DNA of 64,000 bases from an uncultured Collinsella sp. (GCA_902470765.1 CABRHW010000009.1:259-64258), one strand, 5' to 3'. Counted from the stretch's first letter, positions 18,631 through 28,648 are shown. Numbers and translations: made by a program. The notes: generated by a model from the sequence alone, not told the origin.

Positions 18631-19011
18631 CTAGTTGGCCGTTTTGCCTGTGACGAAATGTATACACGTATCTTCATCTACGAGAACGTGAATATTCAGC
18701 TCCAAATCGGACACCGAATAGCCGCTGTACAGCCCTTGAGGAACGAGTAGGCACGTTGTAGGAACGCGGTGACGCTTATCAGCAAACCAAGCCCCCAGAA
18801 ACCTGCACTTGGCACGCAGGGAGCCGCCTTTCGGGGAAATAACATCGTTAACCCAGACGGCAAGCAGCGCGCTCTTGGCTTTGGCGCGGCACATGATAAC
18901 GTCACCTTCCTGATAAAGCTCGATAACGCACCCAGATTGCTCTAGACGGACACAGGGGCGCATACCGCGGTCGGTGGAAAACATAGGGATGAGCATATCG
19001 GTCGATGGCAT
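18631..19011 (-). CDS. Hypothetical protein
   Basis: AAGGAAG RBS; first co-oriented ORF of the element. Confidence 0.5.
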   Translation of the reverse strand: MPSTDMLIPMFSTDRGMRPCVRLEQSGCVIELYQEGDVIMCRAKAKSALLAVWVNDVISPKGGSLRAKCRFLGAWFADKRHRVPTTCLLVPQGLYSGYSVSDLELNIHVLVDEDTCIHFVTGKTAN

Positions 19012-19417
19012 GTAGGTACTTCCTTAAAACTGGGCGCGTCCGCGCCGCTTTTTCTAAGCTCGCGCTTAGCTGACAACCACATAATAGCCTAGGCAGACCC
19101 ACAGGGCTTATACCGCCGCCTACGTCCACACTGCCATCACATATCGAATAGTTCTCGCCCGATGCCCGCATTTCCAGCAGCGGGGGGAGCCATACCAGAG
19201 CCGCGTTTACCAACAGCGGGCGCATCTTCCCACCCTTCCAACAGGCACGGGCGGCGTTCCAAAGCCCTAAAGCCCGTTGAAAGCGTGGAAAGCCGCGCCC
19301 GCCATTGAAAACACTAGGGTTATCCGAGAGATAAGGGCGTTATGGTTGCCGTGGGGTTGTCGAACTGCTAGTTGCCGACACGTATCCACAGGTCAAAGAG
19401 TAGGCTGCAAGCGGTAT

Positions 19418-19435
19418 CGGTAATAGCCTCGAAAT
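19418..19435 (+). repeat. att core (distal copy) CGGTAATAGCCTCGAAAT
   Basis: Identical to 11157-11174. Confidence 0.9.
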
Positions 19436-19524
19436 ATTCGAGCGTTTCTGACGCACGGACGCATGCGAGCGTCTAGCATATCCATTCAAAACGGGTTCAC
19501 GGGCAAAGGGAGTCACAAGCGCAT

Positions 19525-20523
19525 ATGAAGCAATGGGTTGGACTGGGCAAGTTTCTCGCGGGGCACATGCAGGTCATCGTTCCGATTTGCGTGGCACTCG
19601 GCGTGCTCTTTCCCCAACAGATTGGCGTACTCAAGCCCATCGTTCCCACCTTGTTTGCCTTTATGACGTTTCAGGGTGCGCTCAGCAACACCTTTCACCA
19701 GGTAACCGAGGTGTTCCGCCGTCCGTTGCACCTAGTCTTGGCGCTGCTCGTCTCGGCGGTGCTTATTCCCATCGCGGCGTATGCCATGGGGTCACTCTTC
19801 TTTGGCTCCAACCCCAACCTTGTCTGCGGCATTGTGCTCGAATACAGCGTGCCCGTGGCCGTCACCGCTTTTATGTGGATCAGCATGTTCGGCGGCAACG
19901 GCCCGCTCGCGCTCACCATCATCCTGACGTCCTCGGTCATCTCACCTGTGACGATTCCGCTTACGCTCAAGCTCCTGCTGGGCGCCACCGTCTCGATCGA
20001 CGTGCCGAGCATGATGCAGAACATGGCCTTTATGATCGCCATCCCCGCTGTGCTCGGTATTGCCATCAATGAACTCACGCGCGGCTGGGGCCACGAGAAA
20101 CTCTCTCCCGTGCTCTCGCCCGCCTGCAAGTTCATGATGATGGGCGTCATCGCGTCCAACTCCACCGCTATGAGCGAGTACGTGCTGCACATAAACGCGG
20201 TGCGCCTGGAAGTCGCCCTCTTTATTTTGGTCTTCGCCATCAGCGGCTTTGTCGTCGGTTTTCTGGTCGCACGTGCGCTGCATCTGCCATATAGCGAGAC
20301 GACTACCATGTGCTTTACCTGCGGCATGCGCAACATCTCTTCGGGTGCCGTCATCGCCACGCAGTACTTTCCGGGCGAGGTCGTGTTCCCCGTCATGTGC
20401 GGCACGCTGTTTCAGCAGGTGCTGGCCTCGATTATCGGGCATCTCTTTGAGTGCCTAACCTGCGAGGAGCGCACCAAACAGCGCAAGCGGGTCGAAGCCG
20501 GCCGCGACGCCATGGCGCGCTAG
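19525..20523 (+). CDS. Bile acid:sodium symporter (BASS) family transporter
   Basis: About 9-10 TM helices; GGNGPLAL and CGMRNIS motifs. Confidence 0.85.
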   Translation: MKQWVGLGKFLAGHMQVIVPICVALGVLFPQQIGVLKPIVPTLFAFMTFQGALSNTFHQVTEVFRRPLHLVLALLVSAVLIPIAAYAMGSLFFGSNPNLVCGIVLEYSVPVAVTAFMWISMFGGNGPLALTIILTSSVISPVTIPLTLKLLLGATVSIDVPSMMQNMAFMIAIPAVLGIAINELTRGWGHEKLSPVLSPACKFMMMGVIASNSTAMSEYVLHINAVRLEVALFILVFAISGFVVGFLVARALHLPYSETTTMCFTCGMRNISSGAVIATQYFPGEVVFPVMCGTLFQQVLASIIGHLFECLTCEERTKQRKRVEAGRDAMAR

Positions 20524-20553
20524 GCTGTCCGCATTACGCGGGTGTTAGTCTTG

Positions 20554-21351
20554 CTATACGAGCGTTTCCAGATGCGCACGCAGACGCTCAGCATCGATAT
20601 CGAGCGTCGTCTCGGCATTGACTTGGGCCAAACGATAGCCGACAAAGTAGGGCGAAACCACCCAACGCGGCAGCGCCTTGGCAATGGTCCGACCGCCCAG
20701 GTGATAGAAGAACAAGTTGTACGACTCTGCGCGACCACCGTGGTGCTCGTTTAGGATATAGCGCAGAGCTACCTGGATCGCATCGGCAAAGAGATCCGCC
20801 TCGGCTTGGTCTCGTGCGTCATCGCTGGCGGCGATTCCCTGCGGGGCTGAAACGTTGATCTCAAAGAACCCCATGATCGGTTCGGTTGAGATATTGACCG
20901 AGATTCTCCCCTGTTGCCAGACATTGATGCCTTCGAAATTGGCAGAAGTCAGCGAAGTGTAGCCGTCTTCCTGCTCCAAACCCACAATCTGCATGTGCGG
21001 ATGAACGAGACTACCGCCCGAGAGCGGACCCTTGTTCTTGTACATGAGAACGCTGCGATACTGCTGTGAATCGATCATCTGCTGCCAGCAACCCAGGGCA
21101 AACCGCATCACATGGTGGAGTTCATCCGGCGCATAGGTCACCAGGTCGGCGTCGTGGTCGGACGACTCAATCAATACGGTCTGGCGAGTGGCCGGCAAGG
21201 TCTTAAACTTATTCTCGAGCCAGATGCAGCCACCGTCGCGCCGGATGATATTGGCGAGTTCCTCGGTATCGCAAAAGGGGCACGCGGTGCCGGGACGACG
21301 GTTGTCGTCGGGCTTACCGTTCGTCTGCTGAACGTCAAATACCAGCGCCAC
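20554..21351 (-). CDS. GalT/HIT-like DUF4931 family protein
   Basis: CPFC, NKF and KNKGPLSGGSLVHPHMQIVG motifs. Confidence 0.8.
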   Translation of the reverse strand: MALVFDVQQTNGKPDDNRRPGTACPFCDTEELANIIRRDGGCIWLENKFKTLPATRQTVLIESSDHDADLVTYAPDELHHVMRFALGCWQQMIDSQQYRSVLMYKNKGPLSGGSLVHPHMQIVGLEQEDGYTSLTSANFEGINVWQQGRISVNISTEPIMGFFEINVSAPQGIAASDDARDQAEADLFADAIQVALRYILNEHHGGRAESYNLFFYHLGGRTIAKALPRWVVSPYFVGYRLAQVNAETTLDIDAERLRAHLETLV

Positions 21352-21354
21352 GGG

Positions 21355-22032
21355 TTATACCTCCAGCGGCACGATCTTGGTGCCATGGAGTTCGGAGACG
21401 CCCAGTGCCGCCGCCACGGTATCGCGATTGGCCGTGGAAATGCCGCCACCGGGAAGAATGGTCAGGCGGTCGCCCGCATACTCGACAAGACGCGACAGGT
21501 GCTCCAGGTTGTCCTCGATCGGCGTTCCGGCGGCACCACCATGCGTCAGGATGCGCGTGATGCCGCAGTCGGCGAGTGTGTCAATGGCGTCCAGCTGAGC
21601 CTCGGGCGAGAGCTGGTCAAAGGCCATGTGGAAGGTGATATCGATGACCCCGCGCTTGCACTCCTCGGTCGCACAGCCCGTAGCCATCACGAGGGCGCCG
21701 AGGGTGAGCTCGTCGAGCGCCCAGCCGCCGGCACAGGGCTTGCAGCAGCCAAAGACCAGGCCGTCAACGCCGGCGCTCACGGCAAGACCCAAGTCCATCT
21801 CCATCATGCGCAGCTCGTCCTGGTTGTAGTGAAAGTCACCGCCACGCGGGCGAATCATGCACATCACTCGCGCGTCATGCTCGTGAGCATAGCTGACCGT
21901 AGTGCTGATAACGCCGGCCGAGGGCGTGGTGCCACCGACGGCAAGGTTGTCGCACAACTCGATGCGCTTAGCACCGGCATCGATAGCCGCCGGCACACGC
22001 TCAAAGTTCTCGGCACAAAACTCGTACAGCAT
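21355..22032 (-). CDS. cutC: Copper homeostasis protein CutC
   Basis: RIELCDNLAVGGTTPS, MIRPRGGDF, TFHMAFD, RILTHG. Confidence 0.92.
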   Translation of the reverse strand: MLYEFCAENFERVPAAIDAGAKRIELCDNLAVGGTTPSAGVISTTVSYAHEHDARVMCMIRPRGGDFHYNQDELRMMEMDLGLAVSAGVDGLVFGCCKPCAGGWALDELTLGALVMATGCATEECKRGVIDITFHMAFDQLSPEAQLDAIDTLADCGITRILTHGGAAGTPIEDNLEHLSRLVEYAGDRLTILPGGGISTANRDTVAAALGVSELHGTKIVPLEV

Positions 22033-22079
22033 AGATAGACCCCCAGATGACAAACGTTTTCCGATGGGCATTGTCGCAC

Positions 22080-22343
22080 GCCCCCATGAAGTTGCGGTGG
22101 AATAGAGACTGTTTTGGCCTCTGAGGCTCCCATCTAGTCCCTATTCCACCGCAACATAAAGGGGGCAGAACCAAAGTAACGCCGCAGGCAGAGGACCGAC
22201 AGCGAGCGGGCGCCAGAGCGAACAAATTGGCATGAAAAGAGGGCGGCATAGACCTTCTGGTCATGCCGCCCTCTTTGAATGACAAGTTGTCGCTCTGGCG
22301 CCCGCGCAGCGTCGGCCGGTCCGCCGTTCGGCAGAACGGCGGA
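22080..22343. repeat. Three consecutive intergenic palindromes
   Basis: IRs 22091-22105/22141-22155; 22206-22221/22290-22305 with nested 22236-22249/22263-22276; 22320-22329/22334-22343. Confidence 0.8.
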
Positions 22344-22348
22344 AGTCC

Positions 22349-23062
22349 CTAGCCGCCCAGGTAAGCCTTGCGGACGTTGTCGTCGTGCAGGAGCTCTTGG
22401 CCGGTGCCGGTCATGGTAATCTTGCCGGTCTCGAGCACGTAGCCGCGTGTGGCGATGGAAAGAGCCATCTGTGCGTTTTGCTCGACCAGAAGCACCGTGG
22501 TGCCGGCCTTATGCAGATCCTCGACAATCTGGAAGATCTGCTCAATCAGAATCGGCGCCAGGCCCATGGAAGGCTCGTCGAGCATGAGCAGCTTGGGGTT
22601 ACTCATAAGGGCGCGGCCCATAACGAGCATCTGCTGCTCGCCGCCCGAAAGGGTGCCGGCGACCTGGCGACGGCGCTCCTTCAGGCGCGGGAACTGCTCG
22701 TAGACGCGCTCAAGGCCCGGAGCCACCGTGGACTTGGGCTGCGTATAGGCGCCCATCTCCAGGTTCTCCTCAACCGTCATCTGCAAAAAGGCGCGACGTC
22801 CCTCGGGAACCTGAGCCAGTCCCTTACCAACCAGCTTATCAGCGGGCGTATGGGTAATGTCCTCGCCCATAAACTTGATGGAGCCGGTCTTGGAGCGCAG
22901 CAGGCCCGAGACGGTCTTGAGCGTTGTGGACTTGCCAGCGCCGTTCGCGCCGATCAGAGCCACGATCTCGCCCTCGTTAACGTTAAAGGAGATGTCCTTG
23001 ATGGCGTGGATGGCGCCGTACCAGACGTTGATGTTGTAGACGGAAAGCATCGGCTCTGCCAT
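22349..23062 (-). CDS. livF: Branched-chain amino acid ABC transporter ATP-binding protein
   Basis: GANGAGKST, LSGGEQQML, LDEPSMGLAP. Confidence 0.93.
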   Translation of the reverse strand: MAEPMLSVYNINVWYGAIHAIKDISFNVNEGEIVALIGANGAGKSTTLKTVSGLLRSKTGSIKFMGEDITHTPADKLVGKGLAQVPEGRRAFLQMTVEENLEMGAYTQPKSTVAPGLERVYEQFPRLKERRRQVAGTLSGGEQQMLVMGRALMSNPKLLMLDEPSMGLAPILIEQIFQIVEDLHKAGTTVLLVEQNAQMALSIATRGYVLETGKITMTGTGQELLHDDNVRKAYLGG

Positions 23063-23923
23063 TTAGTTCTCCCCCTTATCCTGCTTGCCCAGATATGCCT
23101 CGATAACGGCATCGTTGTTCTGGATCTCCTCCGCCGTACCCTTGGCGATAACCTTGCCAAAGTTAAGCACGCAGATGCCCTCGCAGATGTTCATAACGAG
23201 CGACATATCATGCTCGATAAGCATGATGGCGATGCCGAAGGTGTCGCGGATCTTGACGATGTTCTCCATGAGCTCCGCGGTCTCGGACGGGTTCATGCCG
23301 GCGGCAGGCTCGTCGAGCAACAGCAGCTTGGGGTTGGTGGCAAGCGCGCGGACGATCTCCAGACGACGTTGAGCGCCGTAAGGAAGCGAGCCGGCCTGTT
23401 CATTTGCCAGGTGCTCCATGTCAAAAATGGACAGCAGCTCCATGGCGCGCTCGTGGGCGGCCTTCTCGTGCTTCCAATACGTCGGCAGGCGCAGCACGCC
23501 CTCAAAACCGGAGTAGCGCTCCTGATTGTGCAGGCCGACCTTAACGTTGTCCTCCACCGTCATGGTATTGAACAGGCGGATGTTCTGGAACGTACGGGCA
23601 ATACCCATGCGGTTGACCTGGTAGACCGACTTGCCCGAGGTGTCCTCACCGTCGAGCAGGATGGTGCCGTGCGTGGGCTGGTACACCTTGGTGAGCAGGT
23701 TGAAGACCGTGGTCTTGCCGGCACCGTTGGGGCCGATGAGACCGGCGATCTCAGTCTTGCCGATGGTTAGGCTAAAGTCGTCGACCGCCTTAAGGCCGCC
23801 GAATTCAATGCCCAGGTGAATGCACTCGAGCGCCGGGCGCTGGCCCAGATCGCGGTCGGGAACGATGGCGCCAGAAGGATACGGGACCATCTTGCCCTTG
23901 TTGAACTCAAACTTACTGGGCAT
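23063..23923 (-). CDS. livG: Branched-chain amino acid ABC transporter ATP-binding protein
   Basis: GPNGAGKTT, ARTFQNIRLF, LPYGAQRRLEI, IEHDM. Confidence 0.93.
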   Translation of the reverse strand: MPSKFEFNKGKMVPYPSGAIVPDRDLGQRPALECIHLGIEFGGLKAVDDFSLTIGKTEIAGLIGPNGAGKTTVFNLLTKVYQPTHGTILLDGEDTSGKSVYQVNRMGIARTFQNIRLFNTMTVEDNVKVGLHNQERYSGFEGVLRLPTYWKHEKAAHERAMELLSIFDMEHLANEQAGSLPYGAQRRLEIVRALATNPKLLLLDEPAAGMNPSETAELMENIVKIRDTFGIAIMLIEHDMSLVMNICEGICVLNFGKVIAKGTAEEIQNNDAVIEAYLGKQDKGEN

Positions 23924-25001
23924 CGGCTGCCACCTCCTTCTTGGAAGCAAAGCGGTCCTTAATGCGTGCGAAGAACGCCTTGAGCTGTGGGTTGTTAGTA
24001 AAGACCATGACCAGAATCAACACGATGGCGTAGATGAGCATGCGGTAGTCCGAGAACTGACGGAGCAGCTCGGGGAGCACCGTGAGCAGCGCCGCGGCGA
24101 TAACGGAGCCGCGCATATTGCCCAGGCCGCCCAGGACCACGAACACCAGAATGAGGATGGACGTATTGAAGTCGAACTTAGTGGCGGAAAGCTGCGAGAA
24201 GTTACCGCCGAACAGGGCTCCGGCAGCGCCGGCGAGGGCAGCGGAAACCACGAAGGCGATCATGCGGTACTGGGTGACGGAGATGCCCACAGACTCGGCA
24301 GCGATCTTGTTGTCGCGCACGGCAATAATGGCACGACCGGTACGGCTGCGAACCAGGTTGAGCACAATCACGAGCGCGACCATAACCAGGATTGCGCCGG
24401 CAAGGAAGGTCGAATAGGTCGACACGCCCGATGCGCCCTGCGCGCCCTTGATGATGGCGGTGCCGTCCTCGAGCAGGTGCAGGTCGTCGATCGTGGAGTT
24501 ACCCGTGATGTTAAAGATCACATGCAGGCCGCGGGAATCGACGCCCACAATGAGGCAGGTGACGACCTCTTTGATGATCTCGCCAAAAGCCAGGGTCACG
24601 ATGGCCAGATAGTCGCCGCTCAGGCGCAGGACCGGGATGCCGATCAAGAAGCCCAAGATGCCAGCGGCGATAGCGCCGACCACAATGCTGATGATCAGAC
24701 GCATCGGATCGGACGGAACGGTGCTCTCCAGCGCGACGGCAGTGACGATGCCCGTATAGGCACCGACGCTCATAAAGCCCGCGTGGCCCAGCGACAAGTC
24801 GCCCGCGATGCCGACGACGAGGTTAAGGGAGATGGCCATGACGATATAGGCCGTGATGGGAACCAGCTGACCGGCGATCATGCGCGGGATCATGTGGTTG
24901 GACTGCATAAAGAACACGATGGCGAACGCCACAACGCACATGGCGTACGTGACAAAGTCGTGACGCGTCTGCTTGTCTTTAAGAAACTTCATAACGCTCA
25001 C
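23913..25001 (-). CDS. livM: Branched-chain amino acid ABC transporter permease
   Basis: LSLGHAGF, LRLSGDYLAIVTLAFGEI, VLGGLG. Confidence 0.92.
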   Translation of the reverse strand: MSVMKFLKDKQTRHDFVTYAMCVVAFAIVFFMQSNHMIPRMIAGQLVPITAYIVMAISLNLVVGIAGDLSLGHAGFMSVGAYTGIVTAVALESTVPSDPMRLIISIVVGAIAAGILGFLIGIPVLRLSGDYLAIVTLAFGEIIKEVVTCLIVGVDSRGLHVIFNITGNSTIDDLHLLEDGTAIIKGAQGASGVSTYSTFLAGAILVMVALVIVLNLVRSRTGRAIIAVRDNKIAAESVGISVTQYRMIAFVVSAALAGAAGALFGGNFSQLSATKFDFNTSILILVFVVLGGLGNMRGSVIAAALLTVLPELLRQFSDYRMLIYAIVLILVMVFTNNPQLKAFFARIKDRFASKKEVAADAQ

Positions 25002-25883
25002 CTACACCTTCTCGGGAACGTACTTGCCCAAGAGGCCGGCAGGCTTGACGAGCAGGACGATGATCAAAACACCAAAGACGATGGAGTTGGCAAGGCTCGT
25101 GGAAATGTAAGCCTGCGCCATCGCCTCGATGATGCCGATGAGAATACCGCCGACAAAGGCACCGGGGATGGAGCCGATGCCGCCGAAAACGGCAGCGTCG
25201 AAGGCCTTGATGCCAGGCATGGCGCCCGTGGTGGGCTGCAACACCGGCGAGTAGGAGCACAGGAGCACGCCGGCGACGGCGGCAAGGGCGGAGCCGATGG
25301 CGAACGTCATCGAGATGGTGCGGTTGACGTTGATGCCCATGAGCTGAGCGGCGGCCTTGTCCTCGGACACAGCGCGCATGGCCTTGCCCATCTTGGTCTT
25401 ACCTGTAAAGAACATCAGGCCGGCCATGATAACCAGGCAGGCGACGATGGTGACGAGCGAGACGGCGCTTACGTTAAACTTGGCCAAGAACTCCGGCACC
25501 GGGAAGGTGACGAGCGAAGTGAAGTTCTTGGGCGTGGCGCCCCACAGAAGCTGCGCGGCGTTCTGCAGGAAGTAAGACACGCCGATGGCCGTGATCAGAA
25601 CGGCCAGCGGGCCTGCTTGGCGCAGCGGCTTATAGGCCAGACCCTCAATGAGAACACCGAGAACCGTGCAGACCACACAAGAGAGAACTACAGATGCCCA
25701 GCCCGGGAGGCCGAGATACGACGTGGCGCAGAACGAGACATAGGCACCGACCATGATGACATCGCCGTGAGCGAAGTTGAGCATCTTGGCGATACCGTAG
25801 ACCATTGTGTAGCCCAACGCGATGATGGCGTAGACGCTGCCCATGGACAGGCCGTTGACCAGGTATTGGATAAAGACCGTCAT
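25002..25883 (-). CDS. livH: Branched-chain amino acid ABC transporter permease
   Basis: ALGYTMVYGI..LNFAHGD, GGIGSIPGA, KPAGLLG. Confidence 0.93.
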   Translation of the reverse strand: MTVFIQYLVNGLSMGSVYAIIALGYTMVYGIAKMLNFAHGDVIMVGAYVSFCATSYLGLPGWASVVLSCVVCTVLGVLIEGLAYKPLRQAGPLAVLITAIGVSYFLQNAAQLLWGATPKNFTSLVTFPVPEFLAKFNVSAVSLVTIVACLVIMAGLMFFTGKTKMGKAMRAVSEDKAAAQLMGINVNRTISMTFAIGSALAAVAGVLLCSYSPVLQPTTGAMPGIKAFDAAVFGGIGSIPGAFVGGILIGIIEAMAQAYISTSLANSIVFGVLIIVLLVKPAGLLGKYVPEKV

Positions 25884-26022
25884 GTTCCACATCCCCCTTT
25901 CGAATAGGTTTCCAGTTAATGTATGAAACAGGGACGTTACACTGTCCCTAGATACCAAGCAAGCAGGGAAGGCCAAAACCTCCCCTGCTTGGGATCAAAA
26001 CCGCTCTATGTAAGGCGGCCAA

Positions 26023-27210
26023 TTAGGCCTGTACGTACTTGCCGTCGGTGATGACGTACGCCGTGGGCTCCTTCTGGACCTGGCCCTTATCGTTCCAGGT
26101 GAGCTTGCCAGTCAGACCGTCAACGGTAATCTTGAGCATAGCCTTGGACAGCTTCTCGGCGACCTCGGTCGGATCGGCGTCGACACCAAGACCGGCCTCC
26201 TTGACGGCCTCGGCCACCGCGTGCACGCCGTCGTAGGCGTCGGCGGCAAACTGGTCGGGGGTATCGCCGTACTTATCCTTGTAAGCGTTGACGAAGTCGG
26301 CGTTCTTCTCGTCGTCGGCGGAGAACGGGGTCATGAGCAGCAGACCCTCAGCAAGAGAGGTATCGAAGCCCTCAACGCCCAGGATGCCGTCCATGCCGTC
26401 GCAGCCCATCATCTTGACGTCGTAGCCCATGTCCTTGGCGTTCTTGAGCAGGACGGACGCCGGCGTGTAGTAGATCGGCGCAAAGATCATGGTGGCGCCG
26501 GCCTGCTTGGCCTTGGTCAGCTGGTTGGTAAAGCTCGTGGCGGAGTCGTCCTTAAAGGTCTCCTCGTCAACAACCTCGAGCTTGGACTCAGCGGCCTGGG
26601 CCTTAAAGGAATCTGCGATGCCCGAAGAATAGGCGTCGCCGGAGTTATAGAACAGCACGAACTTCTCGTCCGCATACTTCTGCGCTAGGAACTTGGCAGC
26701 GTTGACACCCTGGTTGGGGTCGGTGAAGCAAACCTGGAAAACGCAATCCTTGCCGTCGGTGACGTCCTCGGAGGACGCAGACGGAGTGATCATGAACGTC
26801 TTGGGGTCGTTACCGCACTCGGCGGCAACGGCAACCGACGCACCCGTGGTGGTCGGGCCGACAAGGGCCTGCATGCCCCAGTCGAGCAGGGTGTTGAAGG
26901 CGTTGACGGCCTTCTCACCGTCGGCCTGGTCATCCTCGGCCTTGCTGGCAAGCGGCAGCTCCTTGGTCGAGAAATCCTTGCAGCCAAGCTCGACACCCTG
27001 GGTAACGGACTTGCCGTAGGACGCGTTGGCGCCGGTCAGCGGGCCGATGGTACCGACCTTAAACGAAGCGTCGCTCGAAGCGGAACCGCTGTCGCCGCCG
27101 CTGGAGGAGCAGCCAGCTAGAATGGACATCGCCCCCAGACCTGCTGCGCTCGCGATAACGCTCCTGCGATTCATAACAGGGTTCAATGACTTACCGGTGA
27201 GGCTCGACAT
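26023..27210 (-). CDS. BCAA ABC transporter substrate-binding lipoprotein (Tat-like signal), paralog 1
   Basis: NRRSVI...LAGC lipobox; GPLTG; FQVCFTD. Confidence 0.9.
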   Translation of the reverse strand: MSSLTGKSLNPVMNRRSVIASAAGLGAMSILAGCSSSGGDSGSASSDASFKVGTIGPLTGANASYGKSVTQGVELGCKDFSTKELPLASKAEDDQADGEKAVNAFNTLLDWGMQALVGPTTTGASVAVAAECGNDPKTFMITPSASSEDVTDGKDCVFQVCFTDPNQGVNAAKFLAQKYADEKFVLFYNSGDAYSSGIADSFKAQAAESKLEVVDEETFKDDSATSFTNQLTKAKQAGATMIFAPIYYTPASVLLKNAKDMGYDVKMMGCDGMDGILGVEGFDTSLAEGLLLMTPFSADDEKNADFVNAYKDKYGDTPDQFAADAYDGVHAVAEAVKEAGLGVDADPTEVAEKLSKAMLKITVDGLTGKLTWNDKGQVQKEPTAYVITDGKYVQA

Positions 27211-27481
27211 GCGGCTCTCCTCTCAAATCTCGTCGGGTTTCGGTTACCCGACAGGCCATCCTTCGCCGTGTTCGGCGTTCGCAAAATACTAGACGCTTTA
27301 GTTAAGGAAAGTGGCGATTATTTCAACTTTTCTTTGGATTTGTTCATTTATCCATAATTCTGCGTATTTCTATTACTTTATGCAGTAATGCCACTTTATT
27401 GTGTGAAAGTAATGTTTCCGTTCTGTTACAGGCGTCCCTGCCCTGAATAAAACGGCCTCACTGGTCGCGCTTTATGCGCAC

Positions 27482-28648
27482 TTAGGCGGCGATGTACTTG
27501 CCGTCCTGGATCACATAGGCTGTGGCGGTCTTTTCGACCTGGCCCTCGTCATTCCACGTCAGCTCGCCTGTCAGGCCCTCGATCTTGATCTTGCGCATGG
27601 CCTTGGCAAGGTCGCCGGCAATGTCGGCACCGTCGGCCGAAATGTCAATCCCCGCCCTATCGATAGCCTCGGCGATGGCGTGGACGCAATCGTAAGCGTC
27701 GGCGGCAAACTGGTTGGGCGTCTCGTCGTAGGCATCCTTATAGGCCTTGACGAAGTCGGCATTCTTCTCATCGTCAGCCGAAAACGGGGTCATGAGCAGT
27801 ACGCCCTCGGCAAGAGAGGTATCGAAGCCTTCCACAGAGAGCAGGCCGTCCATGCCGTCGGTACCCATGAGGGTCATGTCGTAGCCCATGTCCTTGGCGT
27901 TCTTGAGCAGGACGGACGCCGGCGTGTAGTAGATCGGCGCAAAGATGAGCGTGGCGCCGGCCTCCTTGGCCTTGGTGAGCTGGTTGGTAAAGCTCGTGGA
28001 AGAGTCGTCCTTAAAGGTCTCGGTATCGACGATGTCGAGCTTGGACGCCTTGGCCTGCTCGGCAAAAGCGTCGGCAACGCCCGAGCTATACGTATCGCCG
28101 GAGTTGTAGAACAGGGCGATCTTGGCATCCGCGTACTTCTCGGCCAAGAGCTTCGCGGCGCTGGCGCCCATGGTGGGATCGGTGAAGCAAACCTGGAAAA
28201 CCGTGGTCTTGTCCTTGGTAACGTCGAGCGACGAGGCCGAAGGCGTGACCATGAGCATATCGTCGGCGATCTCACCCGAGACAGCGACGGCGGCACCGGT
28301 GGTGACGGGGCCGACGAGCGCCTGCATGCCCCAGTCGCACAAGGTATTGAAGGCGTTGATGGCCTTCTCGCCGTCAGCGACGTCATCCTCAAACTTAAGC
28401 GAGAGTTTGAGGTCCTTGGTCGAAAAATCCTTGGCGGCGAGCTTGGCACCCTTCTCGGCCGAAACGCCATAGGTTGCCGCGGCGCCGGTCAGAGGGCCGA
28501 TGACACCGATCTTGAAGGTCTTGCCGTCATCGGCGGAGCCGCCGTCCGAGCCACCCGACGAGCAACCAGCGAGTGCCGCGGTGCTACCGAGCACCGCGGC
28601 GCAAGCCAAGAAACTCCTGCGGTTAAGTACGTTATTGACGCTAAACAT
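27482..28648 (-). CDS. BCAA ABC transporter substrate-binding lipoprotein (Tat signal), paralog 2
   Basis: NRRSFL...LAGC; highly similar to 26023-27210. Confidence 0.9.
   Translation of the reverse strand: MFSVNNVLNRRSFLACAAVLGSTAALAGCSSGGSDGGSADDGKTFKIGVIGPLTGAAATYGVSAEKGAKLAAKDFSTKDLKLSLKFEDDVADGEKAINAFNTLCDWGMQALVGPVTTGAAVAVSGEIADDMLMVTPSASSLDVTKDKTTVFQVCFTDPTMGASAAKLLAEKYADAKIALFYNSGDTYSSGVADAFAEQAKASKLDIVDTETFKDDSSTSFTNQLTKAKEAGATLIFAPIYYTPASVLLKNAKDMGYDMTLMGTDGMDGLLSVEGFDTSLAEGVLLMTPFSADDEKNADFVKAYKDAYDETPNQFAADAYDCVHAIAEAIDRAGIDISADGADIAGDLAKAMRKIKIEGLTGELTWNDEGQVEKTATAYVIQDGKYIAA

Larger units (their letters stand above)
11157..19435. mobile_element. ~8.3 kb integrative element (IME/AICE-like) with int, xis, RCR Rep and FtsK/TcpA
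   Basis: Flanked by identical 18-bp direct repeats; 10 co-oriented genes include an integrase, a Rep and an FtsK ATPase. Confidence 0.9.

Noticed and set aside
19525..20523. Functional link between the BASS transporter and the HSDH-like SDR
   Set aside because: They are about 10 kb apart, and bacterial BASS proteins often carry other substrates such as pantoate.
23820..25907. 695-aa plus-strand ORF (and similar ORFs at 22385-23770 and 31714-33480)
   Set aside because: Antisense shadows of the liv and antiporter genes.
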